A stretch of DNA of 64,000 nt from a virus (lineage: Duplodnaviria > Caudoviricetes). Positions within the stretch are counted from its first letter, which is position 1, and each line of letters opens with the position of its first letter. Under the pieces are notes generated by a model. The model worked only from the letters and a program-made list of their open reading frames with translations. It was not told where the DNA came from and did not search any database. This document shows, one piece after another, positions 40,457 to 50,350 of this stretch. The DNA lies in IMG/VR virus record IMGVR_UViG_3300007747_000009, positions 44,898 to 108,897 of that record. One strand, written 5' to 3'. The translations under genes were made by a program, and so were the position numbers.

Positions 40457-40490
40457 AAAAAGGAGCCTAAAGGCTCCTTTTTGTTTTTTT
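40455..40490. terminator. Bidirectional intrinsic terminator
   Basis: A7-GGAGCC-TAAA-GGCTCC-T tract between convergent genes. Confidence 0.8.
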
Positions 40491-42411
40491 AATAAACAAT
40501 AAGTTTAATTGTGATTTTAACATCTGGATAGTTTACTGAACTTATAACCATTTCAGTACTACCACGTTTAAGTGGTTTTAAGAACATATATAATGAACCC
40601 ATTGTGTACTGGAAAGTATCTAATAGATAATCTTTATTATAAACTTCTACTATAGTTTCATCATATGAATCAATTGTCATTTCATACATATTGGTTAGAT
40701 ATGGTGTTGGGTAAACTATAATATTATAAAGATCTTCAAATCCTTCATCAACCAATTTCATCCAAAACGTTTTATTATCGGTATCAGTTGTTGAATACAT
40801 ATCAGTCATTGGTACTATAGTACCTTCAGGTTTAACTCTCGTACGCACTGAAACTGATTTATATATATCAAGTAATTGTGTATCGATATTAATATCTTGG
40901 GTAGGCCACACATAAACCTGACTATCAGTAGGTGCATCTGCTGCTACCGTTACGGTTCCATCCTCAGATACTGTATATATTTTTGGATATAATGAGGTTC
41001 TTAGAGGAATATCAACTGGATCATAACCTTCTCGGTAACCAGTAATTGTGAAATTAGTAACTTCACCCGGATACATAGATGTAATTTTCTGTGGTTCCAT
41101 GAGGATTGTATCATAGACTTCATCCATAATTATTAGAGAGTTATAAAGGTCATAATCAGTAACCACACCATTAACAGATTTATATTGAGTACTGAAATTT
41201 ACTGTACCTTTTTTATCAAAAGTGGTAAGAATACCAGTTTCATAATCCATTGTCGCCATTGAAGGATCGCTAGAAACGTATGGGTACATCTCAGTATTTG
41301 GACCATTTTGGTATTTTTTACATTGATAAGTCATATTTGGTCTTAACTTCAATGGTATAAAGTACTCAGCACCCGGTGATTCATAATTAGCTTCATACCA
41401 CATATCACCAACAACCGAAATATCATAAAACGTATAATCATATTCAAATGGGTCAGTCATTTTAAATTTAATTTCTGGATTAGCCGATACATGTGGATAT
41501 TCTTCATCATCTTCTGGGACTGTTGTTGTGGTTTTAAATGTATATTTTTTAAAATCATCGGACACACTAACTAACTCAGTTAATGTTGGTTTGTATGAAT
41601 TGGAATCATCAATTTCAATATCTAAAGCTGAAGTTAATGTGTACTCATATGGATAGGTAACTACTTCAACTGTATATTCTTCACCTAATTTAAATGCATC
41701 ATAGCCTTCGGTGTTTAATACTTTAAAGAATTCTAATTCCAAGTCATTATCAACTACATTAATAATTGAATGTGTAACCAATGAATCATTCCTAGATGGA
41801 ACAAATACCAATACTGCTTTACCAATCACTTCACCTTTAATTACTGCTGTATTCAATTCAGTACTGACAATAGATGCTGAATTAGAAGTACGTGGACCAT
41901 CTAAACTATTCATAAACCACGTACCATCTTTATCTGAATAAGATGAAGGGAAGAATAGGGATTGGTATGACAATGTTTTACCAACTTGTATAGTACTTAC
42001 TGATGGGTTTATGAGAACCCCACTTAGTACTGGATCTATGTTAGCAGTTCTGAATACGTAATCACCTTCAACCGTAATACATTTATGCCATTGATAAATT
42101 CTCACGAATGAAAATATATTTCTGGAAGCATCTTGAATCTTCAAGAAAAATGTATTATTTGGAATAGTTTCAACTAGATTTTCAGCAGTATCAAAATAAT
42201 TTAACATATTACCAAGATTATCTTGGTAACCAATTCTTATGAATCTGAATATATTACCATCCGTATCCATCAAATCATACATTGAATATGAACGCTGTTT
42301 GTGTATATAAAGTTTCTTTGCGTAAGTAACTCCATTAATTTTTGCACCATCAACTAAAAAACCACCCACGGTATATGGAAATTGATTTTGACCTGCTATA
42401 GGTTTACCCAT
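40489..42411 (-). CDS. Ig-like domain virion-associated protein
   Basis: 640 aa; Big_2-like segments (SSDPSMATMD..GILT; TVSEDGTVT); N-terminus shared with next gene. Confidence 0.7.
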   Translation of the reverse strand: MGKPIAGQNQFPYTVGGFLVDGAKINGVTYAKKLYIHKQRSYSMYDLMDTDGNIFRFIRIGYQDNLGNMLNYFDTAENLVETIPNNTFFLKIQDASRNIFSFVRIYQWHKCITVEGDYVFRTANIDPVLSGVLINPSVSTIQVGKTLSYQSLFFPSSYSDKDGTWFMNSLDGPRTSNSASIVSTELNTAVIKGEVIGKAVLVFVPSRNDSLVTHSIINVVDNDLELEFFKVLNTEGYDAFKLGEEYTVEVVTYPYEYTLTSALDIEIDDSNSYKPTLTELVSVSDDFKKYTFKTTTTVPEDDEEYPHVSANPEIKFKMTDPFEYDYTFYDISVVGDMWYEANYESPGAEYFIPLKLRPNMTYQCKKYQNGPNTEMYPYVSSDPSMATMDYETGILTTFDKKGTVNFSTQYKSVNGVVTDYDLYNSLIIMDEVYDTILMEPQKITSMYPGEVTNFTITGYREGYDPVDIPLRTSLYPKIYTVSEDGTVTVAADAPTDSQVYVWPTQDINIDTQLLDIYKSVSVRTRVKPEGTIVPMTDMYSTTDTDNKTFWMKLVDEGFEDLYNIIVYPTPYLTNMYEMTIDSYDETIVEVYNKDYLLDTFQYTMGSLYMFLKPLKRGSTEMVISSVNYPDVKITIKLIVY

Positions 42412-42426
42412 AGTATATCTCCTATA

Positions 42427-42455
42427 AAAAAAAGGGATATACTAAAAATATCCCT
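42427..42455 (-). terminator. Intrinsic terminator (minus strand)
   Basis: A-run then GGGATAT-actaaaa-ATATCCC on +. Confidence 0.55.
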
Positions 42456-42471
42456 ATTCAACTATTATATA

Positions 42472-43392
42472 TTATGCAGTTACTGTTACAGCAGAAACCG
42501 CAGTTTTAGAACCATCCGTAGTTGTTACGGTAATGTTAGCAGTACCTGCTGCCACAGCAGTTACTAGGCCAGATGCACTTACAGTTGCAATTGCTGGAGC
42601 ACTAGAAACATAAGTTACAGTCTGAACACTAGCAGTTGCAGGAGCAACGGTAGGTGTTAGTTGCTGTGTAGTAGTTCCAGCTAAACTAAGAGTGACAGTA
42701 GCAGGAGCTAGTGTTACGCCAGTTACAGCAGTAGTCAAGGTGTATGCACAAGTACTGGTATGTGAACCATCAACAGTAGTTACTGTGATGTTTGCAGAAC
42801 CATTTGTAAGAGCAGTTACTAGACCAGTTGCGGAAACTGTTGCAATTGTTGGTGCATCAGATGCCCAAGTAACTGATTTATCAGTTGCATCAGCAGGAAG
42901 CACCGTAGCCGTTAATTGCTCAGTTGTGCCAGTAAGAATTGCAGAGGTAATTTTATTCAAACTAACACTTGCAACTGGCACGACTGGTGGTACTGGAACC
43001 GCTGTTTGAGCAGCGAAATCAGTTACTTGAACTTCAAGGCCATTTGACAAAATGAATTTGTTGGTAAAGAATTTATAAACATAACCAAGAGGATCTTGAG
43101 TTACGAGATCATAAACTTTTACTGCGAATTGATTTTTTGCAAGTAGTGCTTGAACTTCAGATGCAGTTGCATCAATATCTAAATCACGGAAGGTTGCGTC
43201 TTTACTTACCATTTTCATGAAAGTATAATCGACATCAGTACCTTCATTGATTAAATCGAAATAACGAGTTGAACGTTCTTGTAGGATGAATAGTTCATCC
43301 GTGATTGCTTGTTTATCTTTATCAACAGCGGCAAACACACTGATGCCACCGACGCTGAAGGGGAATTCGCCAAGTTTTGCGATAGGTTTCAT
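42472..43392 (-). CDS. Structural protein with two tandem Big_2 Ig domains
   Basis: QLTATVLPADATDKSVTWASDAPTIATVSATGLVTA-type unit occurs twice; SD AGGAG; upstream TAAATA. Confidence 0.85.
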   Translation of the reverse strand: MKPIAKLGEFPFSVGGISVFAAVDKDKQAITDELFILQERSTRYFDLINEGTDVDYTFMKMVSKDATFRDLDIDATASEVQALLAKNQFAVKVYDLVTQDPLGYVYKFFTNKFILSNGLEVQVTDFAAQTAVPVPPVVPVASVSLNKITSAILTGTTEQLTATVLPADATDKSVTWASDAPTIATVSATGLVTALTNGSANITVTTVDGSHTSTCAYTLTTAVTGVTLAPATVTLSLAGTTTQQLTPTVAPATASVQTVTYVSSAPAIATVSASGLVTAVAAGTANITVTTTDGSKTAVSAVTVTA

Positions 43393-43424
43393 AGGTTTCT
43401 CCTAAATTAAAAAGTACTTTGTAT

Positions 43425-43430
43425 TATTTA
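43425..43430 (-). promoter_or_regulatory. Candidate T4-type late promoter core TAAATA
   Basis: About 33 nt upstream of a structural gene start; hexamer is common in AT-rich DNA. Confidence 0.4.
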
Positions 43431-43440
43431 CCGGAAATGC

Positions 43441-43469
43441 TTGACACACGGCACCAGATCGTCTAGAAT
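43441..43469 (+). promoter_or_regulatory. sigma70-type promoter
   Basis: TTGACA-17-TAGAAT. Confidence 0.6.
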
Positions 43470-43506
43470 CAATCGCATATCACGGGGTGTACTGAATAAA
43501 AATCTC

Positions 43507-43534
43507 GGGACAAACCAAAAAAATGTGATATAAT
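43507..43534 (+). promoter_or_regulatory. Promoter GGGACA-N16-TATAAT with TGTGA extended -10
   Basis: Recurring motif. Confidence 0.7.
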
Positions 43535-43588
43535 AGTGATGTAGCCGACGCGGAGTCGGTGTTTACCAATAACTAAGGAGTACTTAGA

Positions 43589-44701
43589 ATGAAAGAAAAA
43601 GTTTATGTATATATTGGTCGTTTTCAAATGACCCACGCTGGACACGAAGCAGTACTAAAACACGCTGTACAACATGCAGATCGTGTAGTATTATTAGTCG
43701 GTTCGTCTGACATTGCCCGTGACCCAAAAAATCCATTTACTTTTGAGGAACGTAAATCCGTCCTCGAAGCAATGACACAGCGTATTGCCAGTGAAGAATG
43801 GTCTAATGGACGCTCAGTAACTATCAATATTCTACCAATCCATGACTACACGTATAACAATACGAAGTGGCTAAAAGAAGTACAAAAACAAGTTAAATCA
43901 GTAACAAAAAGCACTGATATTACTCTTGCTGGGTGTCGTAAAAAAGGTGACAGCAGTACTTTCTATCTTGATTTCTTCCCTCACTGGAAGCAAGACTTCA
44001 TTGATGAAGTACTAACAGTAAATCACGCAGTACCAGTTGAATACCGTGAATTGGATGAGAAAGTCAATCCTGCCCCTGCATTTAACAGTACTACATTGCG
44101 TAATCAATATTTCAGTACTAAACAAGTTCCATCTGGTCTACCAGTTGAAACAACAGAATTTCTTGAAAAATTTAAAGTACGCAGCAGTGATATTTTAGAT
44201 AATTTAGTCAGTGAACACAATTTTGTAGCGAGCTATCGTAAACAAATGATGGAAACTCTACCATACACAAACATTCCATTCCTTACTGGGGATTCATTAG
44301 TTGTGTGTGCTGGTCATGTTCTATTAGTGAAACGTCGCTCACATCCGGGTAAAGGTCTTTGGGCATTACCGGGTGGATTCTTTGATGCTTGGGTTGACCA
44401 AAACCAGACTGATACCGCACTACGTGAACTCAAAGAAGAAACTAAAATTGATGTTCGTTTCAAAGAACTTAAAGGTTCAATTGTAAAAGTAGATGAATTT
44501 GGTGATTTCAATCGTTCTCTACGCTGGCGTATCATTACCAAATGTGTTTATATTAAACTCAATGGTAATAAGCTACCAAAAGTAAAAGGAAGTGATGATG
44601 CAGAGAAAGCATTCTGGATTCCACTATCAGAAATTACGGCAAACCGCCATATGTTTTTTGAAGATCATTACTCAATAATTGACACAATGATTGGTCTATA
44701 A
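43589..44701 (+). CDS. nadM: Bifunctional NMN adenylyltransferase / Nudix ADP-ribose hydrolase
   Basis: GRFQMTHAGH, KNPF, NSTTLR; Nudix box GG..ALRELKEET; SDDAEKAFW. Confidence 0.9.
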   Translation: MKEKVYVYIGRFQMTHAGHEAVLKHAVQHADRVVLLVGSSDIARDPKNPFTFEERKSVLEAMTQRIASEEWSNGRSVTINILPIHDYTYNNTKWLKEVQKQVKSVTKSTDITLAGCRKKGDSSTFYLDFFPHWKQDFIDEVLTVNHAVPVEYRELDEKVNPAPAFNSTTLRNQYFSTKQVPSGLPVETTEFLEKFKVRSSDILDNLVSEHNFVASYRKQMMETLPYTNIPFLTGDSLVVCAGHVLLVKRRSHPGKGLWALPGGFFDAWVDQNQTDTALRELKEETKIDVRFKELKGSIVKVDEFGDFNRSLRWRIITKCVYIKLNGNKLPKVKGSDDAEKAFWIPLSEITANRHMFFEDHYSIIDTMIGL

Positions 44702-44702
44702 T

Positions 44703-45242
44703 ATGTTATACTGCCTAACGCGTGATTTATATGATGACATTATGATTATGAGTGAACATATTCATAGTAAGTATGATGAAACGAATTGTATGTTTATACC
44801 TTTTTTGCCTGAACATGTAAGGATATGTTCAACATTTTCCTTGCAGACGTACGCTGCAAAAAAGATATATGATTCCATGCTTTGGCAGTACTCAACATTT
44901 ATTGTAAGAAACTGGATCAGTACTTTACATCCGTTTGAGGGTTTAATTACTGATCTGGATTTTAAACACAGAGAAACTGATCACGGATTTTGGGAATATA
45001 AGTTTTCTCATTGCACTCATGATAAAGTGTATTTTAGTAAATCTTATTTCTCGAGTGAAATTTCGGTAGTTGGTGGAGTTCCATACTATAATGTAGACGA
45101 TGGGCTACTTAAAAAGGAATATACAATTACTGAGATTGCAAAAAGTAACCAGAAATTTAAAATGGACGCCGTTTTTCCCCCAAACCCAAATATGTTTAGT
45201 GGAGCGGACGTGGAATATATTATTCCTTACTCATTAATATAA
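44703..45242 (+). CDS. Hypothetical protein between NAD salvage genes
   Basis: About 179 aa. Confidence 0.7.
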   Translation: MLYCLTRDLYDDIMIMSEHIHSKYDETNCMFIPFLPEHVRICSTFSLQTYAAKKIYDSMLWQYSTFIVRNWISTLHPFEGLITDLDFKHRETDHGFWEYKFSHCTHDKVYFSKSYFSSEISVVGGVPYYNVDDGLLKKEYTITEIAKSNQKFKMDAVFPPNPNMFSGADVEYIIPYSLI

Positions 45243-45290
45243 CGAAAGGCGATGGAGCTTTTCTTAACACTTCCTAAGAGGTAATAAAAT

Positions 45291-46760
45291 ATGAACGAAT
45301 TAAATGTAAACCTAATCCTAAATGCTGACTCATATAAAGTTGGTCACAAATCAATGATTAAACATGGTGTCAAAGCTATGATGGGTGTAATTACTGGTCG
45401 TAAGAGCAGCAAATATACTTCTCATTTGACCTTTAAAGGCATTCAATATACAATCAAACGTTACATTGATATCCAAATTACTGAAGCTGATATTGATGAA
45501 GCTGAGTTGGAAGTAACAGAACAAGGTGGACGTTTCGACCGTACCCCTTGGGAAAAGATTGTAAAGGAACATAATGGTAAATTACCTATTCGTATCCGTG
45601 CTCTACCAGAAGGTACGGTTGTACCGGTTGGTGTACCACTTGTAACAGTTGAAGCAGTTGGTGAAGAATTTGCGTTCCTATCAGCTTATGTTGAAACTTG
45701 TATTCAACGTGGTGTTTGGTTCCCTACGACCGTAGCTACTAACGCTCGCAGCATCAAAGAAATACTAATTGAAACAATGCTACGCCATGCTGGTCATAAA
45801 TTTGTAAACTATCATCTTCATAATTTTGGAGATCGCAGTGCACATGTTTATGAAGCAGCTATTGTTGCTGGTATGGCACACGCAGTATACTTTGACGGTT
45901 CGGATTCTCTAGTAACTAACCGTTACATTAAAAAGTACTACAATACTAAAAAATCATATCTTTCTTCAGTAGATGCGTCTGAACATTCAGTATCGTGTTC
46001 TAATGCTGATGCAGACAAACGTGATGATTTTAATATGGCACTAAAAATGGTTCGCCATTGGGAAGACCAAATTGATCAACACAATATCGATGGTAAAGGA
46101 ACTACTGTAACATCAGTAGTGATTGATACATACGATGCTAAACGTTTTGCTCGTGAGTATATCGGTACTCGTTTGAAAGATACAATTGTTGAAATCGGCA
46201 CTACTAAAGGTGGTCGTTTAGTACTACGCCCTGATAGTGGTAATCCAGTAACAATGCCAATTGAAATCCTTGAAATCCTACTAGAGAAGTTTGGATACAC
46301 GGTGAACGAATTTGGTTATAAAGTACTACCAAGTTTTATCGGTGTTCTACAAGGTGATGGTATCAATGAAGAAAGTATTCGTGATATTATTGCGTTACTT
46401 GATGAGAAGAAAATCTCAATTGAGAACATTGTATTTGGTATGGGTAGTAAATTGGTTGACCCAGAAGGAGGTCGTGATCTATTCAGCTTCGCAATGAAAT
46501 CTGTTGCACAGCTAGAAGAAGATAACAAGTGGAAAGACCTATTCAAAGATCCAATTACTGATGTTGGTAAACGTTCCCTACGTGGTCGTGTAACTACTTA
46601 CAAATGTAAGGTAACTGGTAAAATCTTTGCAGAACGTGTAGAACTTCAAGAAATTAACAAACAGCTAGAGGATATGCTAGTTGATATGTACGTGAATGGT
46701 ATTACCATGAACGAAAGTAATTTTGATGAAGTGCGTGAGCGTGCAAACAAATATCTATAA
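45291..46760 (+). CDS. nadV: Nicotinamide phosphoribosyltransferase
   Basis: DSYKVGH, HNFGDR, ASEHS, DTYD, RPDSG, QGDGI, FGMG, KDPITD. Confidence 0.92.
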   Translation: MNELNVNLILNADSYKVGHKSMIKHGVKAMMGVITGRKSSKYTSHLTFKGIQYTIKRYIDIQITEADIDEAELEVTEQGGRFDRTPWEKIVKEHNGKLPIRIRALPEGTVVPVGVPLVTVEAVGEEFAFLSAYVETCIQRGVWFPTTVATNARSIKEILIETMLRHAGHKFVNYHLHNFGDRSAHVYEAAIVAGMAHAVYFDGSDSLVTNRYIKKYYNTKKSYLSSVDASEHSVSCSNADADKRDDFNMALKMVRHWEDQIDQHNIDGKGTTVTSVVIDTYDAKRFAREYIGTRLKDTIVEIGTTKGGRLVLRPDSGNPVTMPIEILEILLEKFGYTVNEFGYKVLPSFIGVLQGDGINEESIRDIIALLDEKKISIENIVFGMGSKLVDPEGGRDLFSFAMKSVAQLEEDNKWKDLFKDPITDVGKRSLRGRVTTYKCKVTGKIFAERVELQEINKQLEDMLVDMYVNGITMNESNFDEVRERANKYL

Positions 46761-46765
46761 TAATT

Positions 46766-46794
46766 AGGGGAGACATTCAGTCTCCCTTCCTTTT
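46766..46794 (+). terminator. Intrinsic terminator
   Basis: GGGAGAC-ATTCA-GTCTCCC then TTCCTTTT. Confidence 0.7.
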
Positions 46795-46830
46795 AATCTA
46801 ATAACTTATATACTTTTATAGGAATAAAAA

Positions 46831-47502
46831 ATGAAATGGTCTGATTTTAAAGCACGGTTACCAGAGTTTGTGATTCCATTACACGATAAAAAATGGACAC
46901 TTGAAGAGTTTAAAAAAGGAATCATTGAACTTAATGATTTTGATATGAATGATCCAGATGATGTGGAAGAATATGAACATGACATTGACTTGGATTCTGA
47001 CGGTGCTATAATCGTTGGTAAACCGTCTGGTGATGATTGGACAATCGGAATGATGTTTGGATTCCAAAACTCTGATGGTTGGTTGGACGATACATCGTCA
47101 ATTGAGTACATTACACAGCGTCACTGGAAAGAACTCGAAGAACATAATCTAGTTGACTTGCGGTCAATGGAAAGTTATATTGCAGTACTAACTGGTAATT
47201 TAACATCCAATGAGTTTGATGATCTTAAAGGTGATAAACTAAGTAAAGAAGTGATTTTGTTTATGTCTGAACTAATTGGTCAATCATTATTCAGTACTAA
47301 CTCAATCGACGTATCTAGTACTGCTGATTGTAAAAAATTTATTATTGATGCGTACAATAGCAAAGTAAAACGTGTCAAAAAAGAAAAATGGGGTAACTTA
47401 GAATTCCGTCTTTTTGAAGATGAAGATGGTGAACAGTACACAATTGTAAGTTATAAAGATAAATTAATTTCACACTATCCGTTTAGTTACACTGAGGATT
47501 AA
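46831..47502 (+). CDS. Hypothetical acidic protein
   Basis: 223 aa; SD AGGA. Confidence 0.8.
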   Translation: MKWSDFKARLPEFVIPLHDKKWTLEEFKKGIIELNDFDMNDPDDVEEYEHDIDLDSDGAIIVGKPSGDDWTIGMMFGFQNSDGWLDDTSSIEYITQRHWKELEEHNLVDLRSMESYIAVLTGNLTSNEFDDLKGDKLSKEVILFMSELIGQSLFSTNSIDVSSTADCKKFIIDAYNSKVKRVKKEKWGNLEFRLFEDEDGEQYTIVSYKDKLISHYPFSYTED

Positions 47503-47504
47503 AC

Positions 47505-47723
47505 ATGAATATTGTGATTATGATTTTATTGTACTTAATTTCTACCGGATGTTATTGGGTCATATATACACTAACAACTATTGGCTGGTACAGCCATAAC
47601 TACGAAACCAATAAGATGGATTTTGACTACAAAGGCCACTTCCATGCATTTAAAAGTGTTATCATACCTCTCACAATAGCACTCATTATGATCTATGTAC
47701 TAATACCAGTAGTATTCTTATAA
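47505..47723 (+). CDS. Small two-TM membrane protein
   Basis: Two hydrophobic segments; SD GAGG. Confidence 0.7.
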   Translation: MNIVIMILLYLISTGCYWVIYTLTTIGWYSHNYETNKMDFDYKGHFHAFKSVIIPLTIALIMIYVLIPVVFL

Positions 47724-47733
47724 GGATAACAAT

Positions 47734-47889
47734 ATGACACATTGCAATCAGTGTAACAAAGATACACCAAGTACCGAAAATAAATTCAAAGATATAGTAT
47801 ACTCGGAAGATGGTGAGTACTTAACAGTTTATGTATGGAGCTGTTTGGAGTGCGGTGCACACAAATCCAATGAATCGAGTGTAGAATAA
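47734..47889 (+). CDS. Small zinc-ribbon protein (51 aa; not in ORF track)
   Basis: SD AAGGA; CNQC...CLEC. Confidence 0.6.
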   Translation: MTHCNQCNKDTPSTENKFKDIVYSEDGEYLTVYVWSCLECGAHKSNESSVE

Positions 47890-47890
47890 T

Positions 47891-48310
47891 ATGTCTGTAC
47901 AATTTAAAAGTTCACCACTTCATAAGTCTAACATTATTAGACTAGCCAGTATGTATAAGGATCTCAATAATCCCGAAATAAGTAGTTTTGATAGAGAACG
48001 TGCATATTTTAGATATGCACATCTGGAAGAGTTGATTACTAATCAATTACCTAAAGTTGATATAGAAACCGGACACGTAACTGGACTAACAAAATTACAT
48101 GATGGGTACACATTTAAAATTAATAATAAAAAGTACTTTTACCGTAACACAAATGAATCCAGTAACTTCTTTCCATACAATCCGTACATAGTTTCGGTTT
48201 ACAATGGAGGACAATATGAAGATGGGACTAATATTTTATATATTATCAAACAGGAACGTTTTGAACGAGATGTAGTTGTTCTTATGGGTAGTATATCTGA
48301 GGTAACGTAA
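47891..48310 (+). CDS. Hypothetical protein
   Basis: 139 aa. Confidence 0.7.
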   Translation: MSVQFKSSPLHKSNIIRLASMYKDLNNPEISSFDRERAYFRYAHLEELITNQLPKVDIETGHVTGLTKLHDGYTFKINNKKYFYRNTNESSNFFPYNPYIVSVYNGGQYEDGTNILYIIKQERFERDVVVLMGSISEVT

Positions 48311-48312
48311 AC

Positions 48313-48741
48313 ATGCCATTTTCGCCGCTTTGCACGGTTTTCACGGATTTCGCCAATTACAAACTTAATCATTTGTGTAAAGTAATTCACACGTTAGTTA
48401 AGGATTCTTCTGAAATTTCGTTATTTTTAGAACATTTTAATGAGTATAAAGAATCAATTGTACTATCAACACCATCAGCTATTGAAAGTATTGCTATATC
48501 AAGAGAATACGATAATTCTACAACTTATATAATTTGTTTAACTGATACTAAGATTCGTATCAACAATATGGGTGATGGAACTAGAAATGGTTTGAATCCA
48601 GTGTATGGGAATGAAGTTTTATCGGCGTTTGTTTACTCAGTACCCAATTGTGATATAAAATATTTACATATAATAACTGATGTTTCTGTGTTCATGTACC
48701 GGGGTAAAATCTCTATAGAATCCAGTAAATACGGTATGTAG
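48313..48741 (+). CDS. Hypothetical protein
   Basis: 142 aa; SD GAGG. Confidence 0.65.
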   Translation: MPFSPLCTVFTDFANYKLNHLCKVIHTLVKDSSEISLFLEHFNEYKESIVLSTPSAIESIAISREYDNSTTYIICLTDTKIRINNMGDGTRNGLNPVYGNEVLSAFVYSVPNCDIKYLHIITDVSVFMYRGKISIESSKYGM

Positions 48742-48760
48742 AACATAATAAGGATATAAA

Positions 48761-49207
48761 ATGGCAGGAAACGGATTTGTTGCTTTGAAGCTTGATGCAT
48801 CACAGGGACGAGAGATACAAAAAATATTTAAGACAGCCGGAATAAAATGCTTGACACCATCTGAATTTCATGTTACTGTTATATACGATGAGTCAGATCC
48901 AGAGATCGATCTTCTTTCGAACACAAAAACATACGAAGCAAAGATCACTGGGATCGAGCGTTTAGGCAAAAAGGGATCGAAGTACGAGGCAATAGCTCTG
49001 ATACTTAAATCACCACAGATCGATAAACGACACAAAGAGTTGAAGAATGCTGGATTTAAGCATAAGTACCCAGATTTTAAGTGCCATATGAGTATTGTAT
49101 ATCAACCATCTAGTACAGATGAAGATATTCTCAAACTAGTACATGATCTTGGAGTACTACCTAAAACTCTTAAATTTGGTAAGGAATATATGGGAAAAAC
49201 AAAGTGA
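48761..49207 (+). CDS. 2H phosphodiesterase, Acb1 / T4 gp57B-like
   Basis: Two HxT/S motifs (FHVTVIY; FKCHMSIVY), H..L...GFKHKYPDF; 148 aa. Confidence 0.75.
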   Translation: MAGNGFVALKLDASQGREIQKIFKTAGIKCLTPSEFHVTVIYDESDPEIDLLSNTKTYEAKITGIERLGKKGSKYEAIALILKSPQIDKRHKELKNAGFKHKYPDFKCHMSIVYQPSSTDEDILKLVHDLGVLPKTLKFGKEYMGKTK

Positions 49208-49214
49208 GGATCTA

Positions 49215-49976
49215 ATGGATTTACAAAAGTTTTTGGATAACAAAGGTAAAAAAAGACTATTAGTAGTATCTGGTGCTGGACTATCTGCTGAATCGGGGAT
49301 TAGTACTTTTAGATATGATGAAGACGCTTTATGGGAAAATACCAATGTCAATCATGTTTGTAATATCGCGAACCTTTCTTCTCATTATTTTACAGTCCAT
49401 TCATTTTATAACACATTGCGTGTAAACTTGAAGGATAAACAACCTAACGCTGCTCATCATACGATAGCTGAATTAGAGAAACAATATGGTGATGATCTAT
49501 TCTTACACATTACTACTAATGTAGATGATCTATATGAACGTGCAGGTGGTACAGCTATGCACTTACATGGCGATCTTTTAGAGGTAATCGAGAACTATTC
49601 ACTAGCTGATAACTCATATAAAGTTGTGAATGTAGGATACAATGCTTACATTCCAAAAGACGGTGTATATGCAAAGCCTAATATAGTAATGTTCGGGGAG
49701 TATGAACGTTACGTTGGTGGTGATCGTGTAAATTTATATGAAGATAGGAATAAAGTACTTGCATCATTAACAGATCTTGATACAGTACTTATTATTGGTT
49801 CATCTGATACAGTAATTAAATGGTCGATGATGATAGGTTGCTCGCCAGCGTACACTTACAATGTTAACATTCGCAAGAGTGCTAATGATTGGATGTTCAC
49901 TGAGAAAATCTATGAACCTGCATCTAAGGCCATCCCACAAATAAAGAATGCTGTATTATTGAGGATGGATTTATGA
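49215..49976 (+). CDS. Sir2-family NAD-dependent deacylase
   Basis: SGAGLSAESGISTFR, PNAAH, TNVDDLYERAG, HLHG, KPNIVMFGE, IGSS. Confidence 0.88.
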   Translation: MDLQKFLDNKGKKRLLVVSGAGLSAESGISTFRYDEDALWENTNVNHVCNIANLSSHYFTVHSFYNTLRVNLKDKQPNAAHHTIAELEKQYGDDLFLHITTNVDDLYERAGGTAMHLHGDLLEVIENYSLADNSYKVVNVGYNAYIPKDGVYAKPNIVMFGEYERYVGGDRVNLYEDRNKVLASLTDLDTVLIIGSSDTVIKWSMMIGCSPAYTYNVNIRKSANDWMFTEKIYEPASKAIPQIKNAVLLRMDL

Positions 49977-50341
49977 GTGTTACAGTTAAAACATTTGTAC
50001 TATATGGGACGGACGTAGATATTTCTAATTTTGATACGTCTAAATTTGCCGATAAAGAGGAATATGTTGATTACTTATATGATGTAATTAACAAGAATGA
50101 TTCACCATATAAATTGATATATGATGAAGATACTGATTCACATTGCTTTGGTTATGTAATTGATGAATCAATTGATAGTAATTGGGAAAGCAAGTACTTA
50201 AAGAGTACTACTTTTTCTGAAATGCGTAGCCATATAACAGATAACGTGCGTGAAGCATTGGACTGGATCTTAATGCTTCAGTTTGACAAACGCTCAAAGA
50301 ATTGTTATATTGATTATAGGATATTGACAGTTTATTGCTAA
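49973..50341 (+). CDS. Hypothetical protein
   Basis: 122 aa. Confidence 0.7.
   Translation: MSVTVKTFVLYGTDVDISNFDTSKFADKEEYVDYLYDVINKNDSPYKLIYDEDTDSHCFGYVIDESIDSNWESKYLKSTTFSEMRSHITDNVREALDWILMLQFDKRSKNCYIDYRILTVYC
50283..50311 (+). promoter_or_regulatory. sigma70-type promoter upstream of Nudix gene
   Basis: TTGACA-17-TATATT with TG extension. Confidence 0.5.
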
Positions 50342-50350
50342 GAAGGTAGA

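Noticed and set aside
48726-48731. Isolated TAAATA hexamers as late promoters (also 62953)
   Set aside because: Plausible, but the hexamer is too frequent in AT-rich DNA to call without TSS data.
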